Source of the DNA: Octopus vulgaris
Taxonomy: Eukaryota
Assembly: GCA_951406725.2 (NCBI GenBank)
Contig: OX597822.1
Location: 73,656,001 to 73,720,000 of the forward strand
Direction of reading: 5' to 3'
Length of the DNA stretch: 64,000 nt
The notes under the pieces: model-generated
What the model saw: the letters and a program-made list of their open reading frames with translations, nothing else
Databases searched by the model: none
Told to the model about the DNA's origin: nothing
Program-made: the position numbers and the translations under genes
Part shown: positions 1 through 13,196 of the stretch, piece by piece
Layout: each line of letters opens with the position of its first letter
Position numbering within the stretch: position 1 is the first letter of the stretch

Positions 1-63
1 ACTAGACTTTCTTGTCTATCCAGTCGCATTTAAAACGATCTTCCGCCCCAGAAATAACAACAA

Positions 64-104
<41 letters not shown>

Positions 105-534
105 ACAACAATCATACAAGAATCAATAACCCGTAGTATGTACATTTAGAACATGGAATACTCTATGCATTTTGTCTTTATGACGCTTCATCGCATATAA
201 TATATATATATGCATGCATGAATGTATGTATATATATATACATTATATATATATATATGTATCTATATGTATATATATATATATATATGTGTGTATGTAT
301 GTATGGATAGATGTCTATATATCTATATGCATACATACATACGTGCACATATATGTGTGTGTATATATAAAGACACACACACATATATATCTATATCTAT
401 ATCCTTGCAGGCATAAACCATGGTTACACAGGTGCGCATATACACTCACAGACACGTATAGACATAAATGACCACTATGTGGAACATTTGCTAAACAACT
501 TCTTCGTATATACACTAATTTTCAATGCATAGTT

Positions 535-826
535 CAATGCATAATACTATTTCTGCCTAGCATATGATTAGCAACAATTATTCTTTAAAACTAATACGCA
601 ACTAGTGTATATATATATACTAGTGTAACAATGCATAATACTATTTCTGCCTAGCATATGATTAGCAACAATTATTCTTTAAAACTAATACGCAACTAGT
701 GTATATAGTGCAACATTTGCTCAGTAACAATTGCATAGCATCAATTGTTTGCCAGCTGTTGCTTAGCAACATATGCTTAGCAACATATGCTTAGCAACAT
801 ATGCTTAGCAACATGTGCTTAGCAGC
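535..826. repeat. Near-perfect ~75-bp direct duplication followed by a 14-bp tandem repeat (tgcttagcaacata)x~5
   Basis: caatgcataatactatttctgcctagcatatgattagcaac...actagtgtatata at ~535-612 and ~629-706; 14-mer array ~760-826. Confidence 0.85.
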
Positions 827-1124
827 ACTAGTGTTGTTTTAAAAGGGACATAAGAACGGTTGCTAAAATCTAGTGGACGGTTAGCGCTGACAAAGTATTT
901 AGTCGAACAAACAGACCCCTGTACTTGTTTTTCTAAGTGATACATATTCTAACTGCTAATCTACTGGGACGTACACAAACCAACACCGGATGTCAAACGG
1001 TGGTGGAGGACAAACACAAGCATACACATGTGTATGTATACGTATATGTATACATACACACACATATATATATGTACATACATACATACATATATATACA
1101 TGCATATATATATTATATAAAATA

Positions 1125-1362
1125 AATAAATGCGCCCTTTTAAAGCCTGGCCAGGCTCATGGGCCCGGTTTCCCGGTTTCTATGGCGTATGTGTTCCCAG
1201 CTGCACAGGGCACCAGTCCATCGCAGCGTTACTCATTTTTGCCAGCTGAGTGGACTGTAGCAACGTGAACTGAAGTGTTTTGCTCAAGAACACAACGCGT
1301 CGCCCGGTCCAGGAATCGAAACCACAATCTTACGACCATGTTGCTGACACCCTAACCACTTA
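1125..1362 (-). mobile_element. tRNA-derived SINE, body D (CORE-like) + tail Y
   Basis: A/B-box-like head, ttgtgttcttgagcaaaacac...cagtccactcagctgg body, gaaaccgggcccatgagcctgg tail; homologous to 17255 and 61575 copies. Confidence 0.75.
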
Positions 1363-1380
1363 GTGATTAGGGTGATTAGG

Positions 1381-1423
1381 GATTATTATTATTATTATCA
1401 TTATTATTATTATTATTATTATT

Positions 1424-1465
<42 letters not shown>

Positions 1466-1481
1466 TACAATAATAATAATT

Positions 1482-1563
<82 letters not shown>

Positions 1564-1754
1564 CAACAACATCGAAAAATACGTTAGGAATGAGAACCCA
1601 GGTTCGAAATTTCCCCAAGACACCTAATGAAGCTGGAGGGTATATCAGCCGAAACGTTGTGTTAAAACAAACAAGATGAGGACAAATATCCGTCGAATGT
1701 AAATAATGTAAATAATGTAGGTAATTCCTCATTTCTTAAATATATAGAACTGTA
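1381..1754 (+). mobile_element. Family F element: (AAT)n + hammerhead-bearing tail, 5' end replaced by inverted (TTA)n
   Basis: ttaggaatgagaacccaggttcgaaatttccccaagacac... homologous to six other copies; HHR core mutated to CTAATGA (1619-1663). Confidence 0.85.
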
Positions 1755-2148
1755 TCAAAGATGCAGTTGAATGAGTGGTTATGACGAAAAGTCAACAATT
1801 TGCGTTCTGTCACCAATACTATGTTTTATTCTTCTAAAAAGAAAAATAACACTTGACCCTAAGAGGGCTCAGATCACTTAGATGTAAATAGGACGTACGA
1901 AAAGAAAGAAAATTGAAATGAAAAGGAAGAAAGGGAGGGTGATAGAAGATAAGTAAAGAGGTGGGAACGGGTGAGAAAGGTGGAAGAAAAGAGACAGCGA
2001 GAGAGCGAGAAAGAAGACGAAACACGATAATAAAACAAAATAGAAAAGGAGAATAAAAGGAATCAGATAAAAAGAAAGGCGCAGAAATATATAAAAGTAG
2101 AAGGAGTATGAAGGAATGAATGAGAGACAAAATATAGAAATTACATAC

Positions 2149-2408
2149 CGTTTTCGCATTGGTCAGGAACGGTTTTGGTCCATAGTGATCCGGTGGAATA
2201 TCACAGAACTCAAGGTCTGGATAGGCATTACAGCTATTAAGGAACCAGTGGACACAGTATTCGGACGCTTTGCTGGTCGATGTGTTTGAAATATAAAGTT
2301 GCAGCTGAATGGTTAAAACTTGGTCGTGTTGTATGATTTTGTGCTTCACTTGTATGTTTGCAAAATCAGGGGAATATCCCTGTTGGACTGGTCCCATCAC
2401 CAATTCAC
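2149..2408 (-). CDS. Coding exon: (G)ELVMGPVQQGYSPDFANIQVKHKIIQHDQVLTIQLQLYISNTSTSKASEYCVHWFLNSCNAYPDLEFCDIPPDHYGPKPFLTNAKT, start of a second FN3-like region
   Basis: tttcaatttgtctttgacAG|260 nt|GTATGT; phase 1/0; high-complexity part of ORF 1834..2460; phase-compatible with the 15909 donor. Confidence 0.85.
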
Positions 2409-2469
2409 CTGTCAAAGACAAATTGAAAGCTTTACGTTTCTTCATCTTACATACCAACATACAAACGTA

Positions 2470-2892
2470 CTCTCTCTTTCTCTCTTTTACTTGTTTCAGT
2501 CATTTGACTGCGGCCATGCTGGAGCACCGCTTTTAGTCGAGCAGATCGACCCCGGGACTTATTCTTTGTAAGCCCAGTACTTATTCTATCGGTCTTCTTT
2601 GTCGAACCGCTAAGTGACGGGGACATAAACACACCGGCATCGGTTGTCAAGCAATGCTAGGGGGACAAACACAGACACACAAACATATACACACGCATAC
2701 ATATATATATATATATATATACATATATACGTCAGGCTTCTTTCAGTTTCCGTCTACCAAATCCACTCACAAGGCACTGGTCGGCCCGGGGCTATAGCAG
2801 AAGACACTTGCCCAAGATGCCACGCAGTGGGACTGAACCCGGAACCATGTGGTTGGTAAGCAAGCTACTTACCACACAGCCACTCCTGCGCC
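2470..2892 (-). mobile_element. SINE family A (tRNA head, CORE-like segment, internal TA/CA microsatellite), full length
   Basis: Reverse complement starts ggcgcaggagtggctgtgtggtaag...ggttcagtccc, ends gtcaaatgactgaaacaagtaaaagag; about 17 copies or fragments in window. Confidence 0.9.
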
Positions 2893-2917
2893 TGGAGATT
2901 TATTATTTTTTTTACTC

Positions 2918-3143
2918 GTGGCCGTAACTTGTTTACGAACCACATGGTTCCGGGTTCAGTCCCACTGCGTGGAATTTGGGCAAGTGTCTTCTACTATAGC
3001 CTCGGGCCGACCAAAGCCTTGTGAGTGGATTTGGTAGACGGAAACTGAAAGAAGCCCGTCGTATATATTTATTTTTTATTTTATTTTATTTTATTTTATC
3101 TACTTTCAGCTCACGAGCTGTGGCCATGCTGGGGCACCGCCAT

Positions 3144-3191
<48 letters not shown>

Positions 3192-3400
3192 AGTGTGTAT
3201 ATGTTTCTGTGTCTGTGTTTGTCCCCCCCCCAACATCGCTTGACAGCCGTAACTTAGCGGTTCGGCAAAATGACCGATAGAATAAGTACTAGGCTTACAA
3301 AGAATAAGTCCTGGTGTCGATTTGCTAGACTAAAGGCGGTGCTCCAGCATGGCCACAGTCAAATGACTGAAAAAGTAAAGGAGAAAAGAGAAAAAGAGAG
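2918..3400 (+). mobile_element. SINE family A, head-to-head with the previous copy
   Basis: Same modules in + orientation. Confidence 0.85.
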
Positions 3401-3495
3401 AAATCAATGTATGCCAGTGCACCCCATCTTGCGTTTCTCCACTTCTCTATTACTCTCATGATCTGACTGTTTCAAAACTAATATTTTTCATTTCA

Positions 3496-3620
3496 TTAAC
3501 ATTCGACAGATATTTGTCCTCGTCTTGTTTGTTTTAACACAATGTTTCGGCTGATATACCCTCCAGCCTTCTTCAGGTGTCTTGGGGAAATTTCGAACCT
3601 GGGTTCTCATTCCTAATATA

Positions 3621-3690
<70 letters not shown>

Positions 3691-3722
3691 CCCAAGATTT
3701 CGATTTCGATTTCAAGCAGTAA

Positions 3723-3806
<84 letters not shown>

Positions 3807-3965
3807 CAACATCGAAAATACATTAGGAATGAGAACCCAGGTTCGAAATTTCCCCAAGACACCTGAAGAAGGCTGGAGGGTATATCACCCGAAATGTTCC
3901 GTTAATAACAAACAAGATGGGGGCAAATATCTGTCGAATGTAAATAATGTAAATAATGTAAATAT
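3496..3965. mobile_element. Family F inverted pair with HHR motifs at 3536-3581 (-) and 3858-3903 (+)
   Basis: Two mirror-image tails joined through (TTA)n, a partial tRNA head and (AAT)n; both arms have CTGAAGA. Confidence 0.9.
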
Positions 3966-4541
3966 TGTATACAGTTTCTGTGTTTGCAAAGTTCACATCG
4001 TTTATTTATATATGTATTTTCTTCGTGAATTTAGGAAGAAGGGGAAGTGTTGCTGATCCTTGCAGACCTTCGAAGATTGGTGAGATTGATGCCTGAGATG
4101 ATGCCTGAGTGCATCAACCGACATACCCCTTTAAGCCTCGTAAGTCTACTGTTCAGCAAACAGTGATCGATAAAACGAATAACCAGACAGAAATATGTAC
4201 AGGGGTCGATACGATCGACTAAAATGTACAGCCTTGAAAGCTATGCCCTCGTTTGGCTGTAGTGCAATGACAAAAAACCCATAAAAGGTAGCAGAAGAAT
4301 ATGGTCTAAAGACGAAGTAAATAGTCCGGAAAAAACATAATATTGATAACAACACAACGTCTTATATATTTAGATATTTAATCAATAATTCTATTTGTTG
4401 AGAGAAATATAGCCTGTAGAATCGATACTTTGACAGTCAACAAGCCCAATTATCGATCGTTAGTATACCGTCATCTACGTTGTTTCTATAGTCTATACAG
4501 GTTTTGCTGGATCATCTAATAGAATTGAAAATACGTATGAT

Positions 4542-4743
4542 GTTGAAGTGCATCTCATCATTGTTTAAGACGAAGAAAGATATGGCTATAATTTTAGGTC
4601 GGAATTATATTACTGGGGCATCAAATTCGTATGTTCTTTTTACACAGCTTGCAACCATATCCGTTGAAATACATCATCTCATTCATCATTTTTAAAACGA
4701 AGAAAGATATGACTATAGTATTAAGTCGAAATTATATGACTGT
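4542..4743. repeat. Diverged ~75-bp direct repeat pair
   Basis: acgaagaaagatatg(g/a)ctata...gtcg(g/a)aattatat at ~4570 and ~4697. Confidence 0.7.
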
Positions 4744-4895
4744 TCTTTGAATTATGATTAATGCGGCTCACGAGTATATCACACCAAAAGCACCGTTTCT
4801 CTTTCAATCACCGAAGGTAAGCAACGTCGAACCTATTTAGTTGGGTGACCACTTGGAGACCAAGCTCCTGTGAGCACCTCTCCCTCTCTATTATC

Positions 4896-5660
4896 GGCGC
4901 AGGCATAGTTGCCTGGTTAAGAAGCTCGCTTTGCAACCATGTAGTGTTTTTTAAGTTCAATCCCACAGTGCAGCAGTGTCTGCTACTATATCTGTAGGCC
5001 AACCAATGCCATGCTAGTGAATTTGGTAGACGGAAACTCTGTGGAAGCGCATTGTGTGTATGTGTGCATACAGACGTACATACCTACATACATATATATC
5101 TGCGTGTGAGTTTGTCCCTTACCACCACCTGACATACGGTGTTGGTTAATTTATATCCCCATAACTTAGCAGTTCGGCAAAAGTTAGTATCTTCCTCAAA
5201 CTGAAGCCGATAACATAAGTGTAGCACGTTTTACTCACCACACTATTGTTAACAGATTTCTAGAGACGTGTTATTTTGACGCCTATTTTATAGGCGTAGG
5301 AGTGGCTGTGTGGTAAGTAGCTTGCTTACCAACCACATAGTTCCGGGTTCAGTCGCACTGCGTGGCATCTTGGGCAAGTGTCTTCTACTATAGCCACGGG
5401 CCGATCAAAGCCTTGTGAATGGATTTGGTAGACGGAAACTGAAAAAAGCCCGTCGTATATATATATATGCGTGTGTGTGTGTGTATATATGTTTGTGTGT
5501 CTGTGCTTGACAACCGATGCTGGTGTGTTTACTTCCTCGTAACTTAGCAGTTCGGCAAAAGAGACCGATAGAATAAGTCCTGGCGTCGATTTGCTCGACT
5601 AAAGACGGTGCTCCAGCATAGCCACAATAAAATGACTGAAACAAGTTAAAGAGTAAAAAT
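4896..5660 (+). mobile_element. Two SINE family A copies (4896-5183 degenerate; 5292-5660)
   Basis: tttggtagacggaaact and aacttagcagttcggcaaaa landmarks in both. Confidence 0.8.
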
Positions 5661-5837
5661 GTAAAGGAAACAGCAGTTGCATTGTTTTTTTTGTTGTTTT
5701 TTTTTTCAGTAAAGCAATGTTCCGGATGCTTCAACAGTAAGGTGATCAATGCTGTAGTGTCATGCGAGAAAAACGAAAGCGTGACAGAGGTAGGGCTACA
5801 GGCCTGTGCTTCACTGTCATTAATGGCCGTGACCTGC

Positions 5838-6140
5838 CTGGTACTCCATCAGTTACGAGGACAAGTGTTCCAATTGATGCGATCAACAGATTGCCTGCTC
5901 GTGAAATTAATGAGAAAGTGGCTGAGCACACCACAGACACGCTTATCCTTACTGTAGTTCTCAGGGAGATTCAGCGTGACACGGAATGTGACAAGACTGG
6001 CCCCTTTTGAATTACAGGTACAACTCATTTTTGCTAGCTGAGTGGATTGGAGCAACAGGAAAAAAATGTCTTGCTCAAGAACACAACACGCCGCAGGAAA
6101 TCGAACTCACAAACTCACTATCTTGAGCCACGCACACCGC
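5838..6140 (-). mobile_element. SINE body D + tail X
   Basis: gcctgctcgtgaaattaa...gtggctgagcac...ttttgctagctgagtggattggagcaac; homologous to 42983 copy. Confidence 0.8.
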
Positions 6141-6436
6141 CACAAAGCGACGCTGTCATTGACAATAAATCATTATCCAGCATTATTCAACTTGGTTTTG
6201 TCATCCTGCAGAATAAAGTTCTTATTGTGGAAGTAGGCTGCAGTCAGAAGTAGAACAGTGGGGACAGACGCACGTTAAAGTGGAACGCCATTTTGCTTTG
6301 TCATAGATGAAAATGGATGGCCCAATATTTCTTACTGTGACAAGGGCACTGGAATTCGTCGCTCTGAGAGCCACTGGTCTAGACAACATGGTATCCACTA
6401 CACACATACATTCATGCATACACACACACACACACA

Positions 6437-6511
<75 letters not shown>

Positions 6512-6639
6512 CTAGTCAACATCTACACAAAATGTCGAGCTTGTTTTCGTTTATAGTCTGGGACTAATCAGTCAACATCTGTACATCATGACTATCAATC
6601 AAAAGGCAAGCCTTGAGTCAATCCAGGTAACATATCTTT

Positions 6640-6859
6640 TATCTGCTACTTGTTTCAGTCATTTGGACTACGGCCAAACTGGAGCATCACCTTGAAGAGT
6701 TTAGCCGAATAAATCAATCCCAGTAATTATTTTTAAAACTCCTCTACTTATTTAGTTTGTTTACTTTAGCCTAACCGCTAAGTTACAGGGACGTAAGCAA
6801 ACTAACAGCGGTTGTCAAACAGTGGTAGGGGCGACAAACACAGCTCAAATACAAAAACA

Positions 6860-6897
<38 letters not shown>

Positions 6898-7640
6898 CAC
6901 TCACACACACATGCACGCATGTATGGCGGGCTTCTTTCAGTTTCTGTCTACCAAACCCTCTCACAAGGCTTTATTCGACCCGGGGCTACAGTAGGAAACA
7001 CTTGCCTATGGTTCCACGCAGTGGGACTGAACCCAAGACCACATGGTTTGGAAGCAAGTTACGCATGTGCCTATCCTAAATGTTCAATCAACGTCAACTT
7101 GCTATGTCGTTTAATTTATTATTTACACACTCTGACAATCATGTCAATATTTACTCTTAGTGTGACCCCAATAAACATCCTAACAGTGTCTAACCAATTA
7201 ATATTTACGCTTTGCGACTAATCCGCTAGTATTTGAACTTATCGTCTCTCTAGTCAACATCTGAGAGAGCTCTATCCATTGTGACTAATTAGCCAATATT
7301 TATTTATACTTATTGCCTATTGGCTGTGTGGTAAGTAGCTTGCTTACCAACCACATGGTTCCGAGTGGATTTGGTAGACGGAAACTGAAATAAGCCTGTC
7401 GTATATATGTATATATATATATATATTTATGTGTGTGTATATGTTTGAGTATATGTCCCCCCAACATCGCTTGACAACCGATGCTGGTGTGTTTACATCA
7501 CCGAAACTTAGCGGTTCGGCAAAAGAGACCGTTAGAATAAGTACTAGGCTTACAACGAATAAGTCATGGGGTCGATTTGCTCGACTAAAAGGCGATGCTC
7601 CAATCAAATGACTGAAACAAGGAAAAGAGTAAAAGAGTAT
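6640..7640. mobile_element. SINE family A copies 6640-7072 (-) and 7321-7640 (+, internally deleted)
   Basis: Family A landmarks. Confidence 0.8.
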
Positions 7641-8224
7641 CCAGTCAACATCTAAAATGCTCTATCCATTGTGATTAACCAGTCAATATTTATAGCTATA
7701 TGCCATCAAGTCAACAGCTATATTGTCTAAAATCTTGGGTATGACTTTAAATCGGTAGTGGGACCCTGGTTCGGAAGTTCGATGGTTTTAAGATATTTAG
7801 AACAACTCTTGGCCACTATAATTCCAGATCTACTTTGAACCGGAGTGGCAGAGCCTGTTAGGACCTCAGTTATGGCTTAATTAGCATATTAGGGATTGCC
7901 CACATATGCTTATCATGACTGGATCCGCCGTAATCTGCAGAAGAAACTTTCATTGTTTAACGGAGAGAAAAACAGTTGCAGCAACCAACGCAGAGAGCAA
8001 GAGAAGGCAAGTAATACATCTTGGTCATCCAACGAACTCGTCTCCATCCCCAGTCGTCTTGATCTGGTTTTGATACCACTAGATTAAAGGTGGTCAAGAA
8101 TGTGAGAGTGAAGTTGAAGGGTGTGTAACATTTCCACAATTTACACCAAGTCAGCGCGCAAGTCATGTGTCCTCCTTTAAGATAACTAAATGGTTCTCGT
8201 CACTCTAACGGACGGACATGATAA

Positions 8225-8537
8225 ACTCTGGCACTCTGAGAGTTCCAGTTGATTTGATGAATGGAACAGCCTGCTCGTGAAACTGACGTGCAAGTGGCTG
8301 AGCACTCCTCAGACACACGCACCCTTATCGTTGTTCTCAGGGAGATTTAGAGTAACACAGAATATGACAAGAGTGGCCCTGTCAATTACAGGTGCAACTC
8401 ATTTTCGCCAGCTGAGTGGACTGGAGCAATGTGAAATAAAGTGTCTTGCTCAAGGACACAACGTGCTGCCGGGAATCGAACTCATTACCTTACGATCTTG
8501 AACTGAATACCATAACCGCTAAGGCAAGCGCATTCAC
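8225..8537 (-). mobile_element. SINE body D + tail X
   Basis: Homologous to 42983-43305. Confidence 0.8.
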
Positions 8538-8780
8538 GAACATGATATAGCCTAGCTAGTTAACGTTGTCTGTATTTTGTCCAATAAGCATTTAGATAGT
8601 GCTTTTTTTTTATACTGCCATCGTTTATACACTCGGCGCTGTTCAGTCAACATTGTAATACAGTCACAGTGCTGTCAGCATTACACATTCATAAGCTTCG
8701 CTTACAAATCAAGACAGTTCACCACAAATCAAGACAAATGGTGTCTGCCATAGAACTCAAGAGACATTCTTTTCATTGTG

Positions 8781-8811
<31 letters not shown>

Positions 8812-8813
8812 GT

Positions 8814-9007
8814 GTACAGAAATAATTTATTGTCAAACGCATGATAATGATAATACAATAGCATGAACAGGATAAACTATCTATAATATTGCAGAAAAAT
8901 TCGTTACCGGCCAGTAACGAATTTTTCTGCAATATTGTAGATAGTTTATCCTGTTCATGCAATTGTATTAGCATTATCATGCTTTTGACAATAAAATATT
9001 TCTGTAT
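8814..9007. repeat. ~194-bp near-perfect palindrome without spacer, centred at 8910/8911
   Basis: gcatgaacaggataaactatct...gttaccgg|ccagtaac...agatagtttatcctgttcatgc; arms extend with few mismatches. Confidence 0.9.
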
Positions 9008-9389
9008 CTTTCAATACACTTCAACGCTTATAAAGTAAACTTTGTTTGCTTTCATCATAAGTTGAATTTATACATATATATATATATATATATACAAAGA
9101 GAGAGAGAGAGAAAGAGAGAGAGATAGATATACATTAGAGGAAAAGGACATCAAAACCAAGGCAGGACGAGTATCTCAAGTCATTTATAATAATTTAATT
9201 AGGGTAGTATGCCTGCTAACACGGAAGCCTGGTACGGATCCCTAGCTCCAGCCTCAGCTGTGAACTTGGAATCTGATGGATGACCAACTATAGCTATTAC
9301 TCACCGTATCTGTTCATTTAGATCACCAGTGAACGAAACCCTTCATATCCTATGTATGTAGTCACATTCTGTTATGTTGTGATAAAATT

Positions 9390-10500
9390 CCTTTCTAATA
9401 TAGGCACAAGGCCTGTAACTTTGTGCGAGGAAGTAGTCGATTACATTGATTCCAGTAATTGACGGGTAGTTATTTTATCAACTCTGAAAAGGATTAAAAG
9501 CGAAGTCGACATCGGTAGAATTTTTAATTCCGAACGTAGATCCAAAAGAAATGCCGTTAAGCATTTTGTCCGACGCAGTAACGATTCTGCTTACTCACTG
9601 AATTCTGATACTAAAAATAAAATATATTTCTAAAAAATACTCTATAAAGATTTTTCTTTCATTTTTATGAAAATTAATCCGCCGTCCAATTGTCGTTTTG
9701 ACTGTTGGCGCTATTGCTAACAAAGCAACCATTCAGGTCGGTTGTTTCCTTGAAAGAATTCAGTCTTTAACTTAAGGTTTGGTCTGTCTTTTCGTTTGGG
9801 CAATTTCAAAAACGTTTAAGTAAGCAATAAATAACAACGCCTATTGTTATTGTTGAGTTGCTTAAATTCCAGATTAACCCTTTATCCACGAGGCCTAAGA
9901 TCAAAGACATTCCAGCTGTCACCATCCCATTTTTTTAAAGCTTGCATAGAATTATATTAACATGTCCTTTCTATATTTAAGACAGCTCGGTGCGATTTGA
10001 GTGAGATTTTCGCTGCTGTTTCCAGCAGGTCGAGTGATTAAGTACGAACTTTTTTTGCTTCGTCAATGTTATTTATAAATGCTGTTGCTAGTGGACTTGC
10101 GAAATCAATTGCCTAGATTTATAGCTCTCTGCGTTTTGGGTTCAAATCCGGCCAAAGTAAATTTTACCTTTCATTCTTCCGGGAGCGAAAAGAAACTGAA
10201 GTACCAATCAAAAGTACTGCAGTCGATATAATCAGGTTTCTAAGGTAGCGAGCTGGAAGATTCATTACCTACACCGGAAAAAAAATGCTTAGCGGCATTT
10301 TATACGTCTTTACGTTCTGAGTTCAAATTTCGCCGAGGTTGACTTTGATTTTCGTTCCTTTCGGTGTCGATAAAACAACTACCAGTTGAACGCTGGAGTC
10401 GATGTAATCGACTTACTTACTCCTGAAAATACTGTCCTTGTGCCAGAATTTGAAATCGATATAACCAAGTCTATCCCTTCCCTAAATTTAAGCACTTCTG
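9390..10500. mobile_element. Degenerate SINE family B copies (9390-9600 -, two in 10100-10500 +) and an old family H fragment (~9860-10050)
   Basis: gttcaaat...gactttg.ctttc.tcctttcgg.gtcgataaa...accagt landmarks; H fragment resembles ~29630-29880 and ~50930-51490. Confidence 0.65.
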
Positions 10501-10580
10501 TCTACATTAAAAGAAAAATATTATTATGAAACAGATAAGGAAGGATGGCTGGAACCGTTCTAAGTATAAGTATGTTTACA

Positions 10581-11139
10581 TAGGGTGTTCAAAAAGTCTC
10601 TCCGCAGCGAACTTTTTCATCCTGCGCATGCGCAACCTGGCTATCACTGCGTCGGCAGCCGAGTGTCAGCCATTGTCCCCAGTCATTGCGTACTCTTCAG
10701 CGTGTCTACATGCTAACCATTGAAGAACGCACGCTTTTAGTTGAACGGGTGTTTCAAACTGGAAACAAATACACAGACACTGTTCAGGATTTGATAAGAA
10801 AATTTAGAAACACAGGCTCAGTGGAAGACGCAGTAAGAAGCGGTAGGCCTACTGTTCTTTTAGGCGAAACACTCTCCAATATTTCTGATTAACTGTTGGC
10901 AAGCCCGTCAAAGTCCTTACGCAAATTGTCACAGGCAACGGAAATCAGCCTAAGAAGTGCTCACACGGCAGTAAAAAAGAAATTTTATGTATTGAAAATG
11001 AAGGACAACACTTTCAACACTTCTTATAAAGTTTTTTTAAAGTCTTGTAAAGTCTAATATATTCTTTTGTAGTCTTATACCATCTTATAAATATTTATTT
11101 TGCCATAAAATATTACGGAGAGACTATTTGAACACCCTG
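10581..11139 (+). mobile_element. Internally deleted Tc1/mariner-superfamily DNA transposon
   Basis: ~25-bp TIRs agggtgttcaaa(a/t)agtctctccg, TA at right flank; transposase remnants inside. Confidence 0.9.
10710..11029 (+). pseudogene. Tc1/mariner transposase remnant: HTH N-terminus fused to extreme C-terminus
   Basis: MLTIEERTLLVE...KFRNTGSVEDAVRSGRP...*...SPSKSLRKLSQATEIS, then frameshifted CIENEGQHFQHFL*; catalytic domain absent. Confidence 0.85.
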
Positions 11140-12486
11140 TAGTTTGAAGAACGACAGTAAAGCAGCCGGCATTTGCCCTTGGTTTTCAAGGTGATCTAGA
11201 TTCTGTGGTATTCCTCGATGGTGCTCCTCTTGTTCCCTGAGGAATGTATCCTGAACGTTTATTATTTGTATATCATATATACCTGTATCTAATACCATTG
11301 TTTTTTTTTTCTTGTTCGACTTTCTATGCAAAGCCACACGCTTTTTGTCTATGAACGACTTTAGCTGACCCCTCAACCGTTATCCTGGTGGCATAGAAAA
11401 GAAATCGTTATTTTCGATGACAATGGATTAGTATAATAAAATACAATGATAAATAGATTCCTTGTGGTGCTTAGTTATGTGTATTTGCCTACCAATATCG
11501 TCATTAACGTTTACCCTCCTGCAGACTCCAGTCAAGAACTGGGGTAAATTAATTCTGTATCGAACACACCTTTCTCCCTAAATTTAACGCATTTTACTTA
11601 TTTTAGAAATCATTTGTTGTTGCTGTTTTGCTGTGGCTGCTGTTCTTGAAATTCACGAAATCAGCAATATATCCGAGATAGGCGCATACGAACCAAAACG
11701 AATTTTAAACAAATGCAACCTTGACACACGAATGAGACAGACAGACAGACAAATAGATAGATAGATAGATTTAGATATAGATAGATATAAAGAAAGAAGA
11801 GGGGGGAAAAGAGTTAGCGGTAGTAGAAATAGAGGTAGAAAGAGAGGGACAAGGAAAGAGAGAGAGTTAGAGATAAGAAAAATGGCGATAGAAAGAGGGA
11901 AAGAAAGATTATTTATTTTGTAAATTCCTTAGGATTGTGAAATGGTGTTTTCTTAACGCAAAAGAGGTGTTGACACCAATATCTCTCTGAATAAAACTCC
12001 CTAGATGCCAACCATTATAACCGAATTAAACATATCTAATAATAACCTAATAATGCTGGCTTATCATTCCTATTTATTTTGTTTCCAAGAACAATGTCTT
12101 ATTTCATTCGTTCTTTCTTTCTTTCTCCCCGTCTTTGTTTTTGTTTTATATTTGTTTTCATTGTCTTCTATCACGGGAGACAGGATTTCAAAATGTTTTT
12201 CTTAAGTTTGTTTATGAAAAAAATACATACTAGCTGGGTTGAGATTAGATCAAATGCTTGTATTGTGATCCCAACTGGATACATTTTTATCCCCGTCACT
12301 ACCACCACCACTACCACCACCACCACCACCACCACCACCACCACCACCACCACTACCATCACTACCGTCAATACCATTACCATCATCAGCATCACCACCA
12401 CCTCCACCACCACCTCTACGTCTACCATCACAACTGATGCTCAACTAGTTTGTAATTGTGCTCAGAAAACATTTTGTTTTGGATTA

Positions 12487-12546
<60 letters not shown>

Positions 12547-12657
12547 TAATCCTTTCTGCTATAGGCATAAGGCCTGAAATTTTGCCCGCCACTAATCCCC
12601 TATAGAACTCCAAAGCTGAACTTCTACCGACCGCGTTGTCTGACTGGCAGAAAACTG

Positions 12658-12693
<36 letters not shown>

Positions 12694-12696
12694 CAA

Positions 12697-13140
12697 TATT
12701 TCAAATTTTGGCACAAGATCAGCAGGTTTGGATGAGGGGATAAGCTGATTATATCGACCCCCAGCGTTCAGCTGGTACTTATTTGATCGACTCCGAAAGG
12801 ATAAAAGGCAAATTCGATCTCGGCGGCATTTGAACTCAGAACGTAAATAAATGCTGCTAAGCATTTTGTCCGGCGCGCTAACGATTCTGCCAGCTCGCCG
12901 CCTCTGATAATAATAATACGAATAATCCTTTCTACTGTTGGCACAAAGGCCTGAATGTTTGTGGGGAGGGGGTCAATCGATCAACTCGACCCCAGTGTTT
13001 GACTGGTACTTCATTTATCGACCCCGAAATAATGAACCTCAGTGGTATTTGAACTCAGAACGTTGCATCAGACGAAATACTGCTAAGCATTTCGCCCGGC
13101 ATGCTAACGATTCTGCCAGCTTGCCGCCTTTTTGATGATG

Positions 13141-13196
<56 letters not shown>

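Noticed and set aside
7760-8200. Possible LINE remnants (also ~30700-30915 and ~46960-47260)
   Set aside because: Too degenerate to assign by eye
11145-11290. QGTRG peptide resembling anosmin FN3
   Set aside because: Frame closes with a stop and no donor site is present
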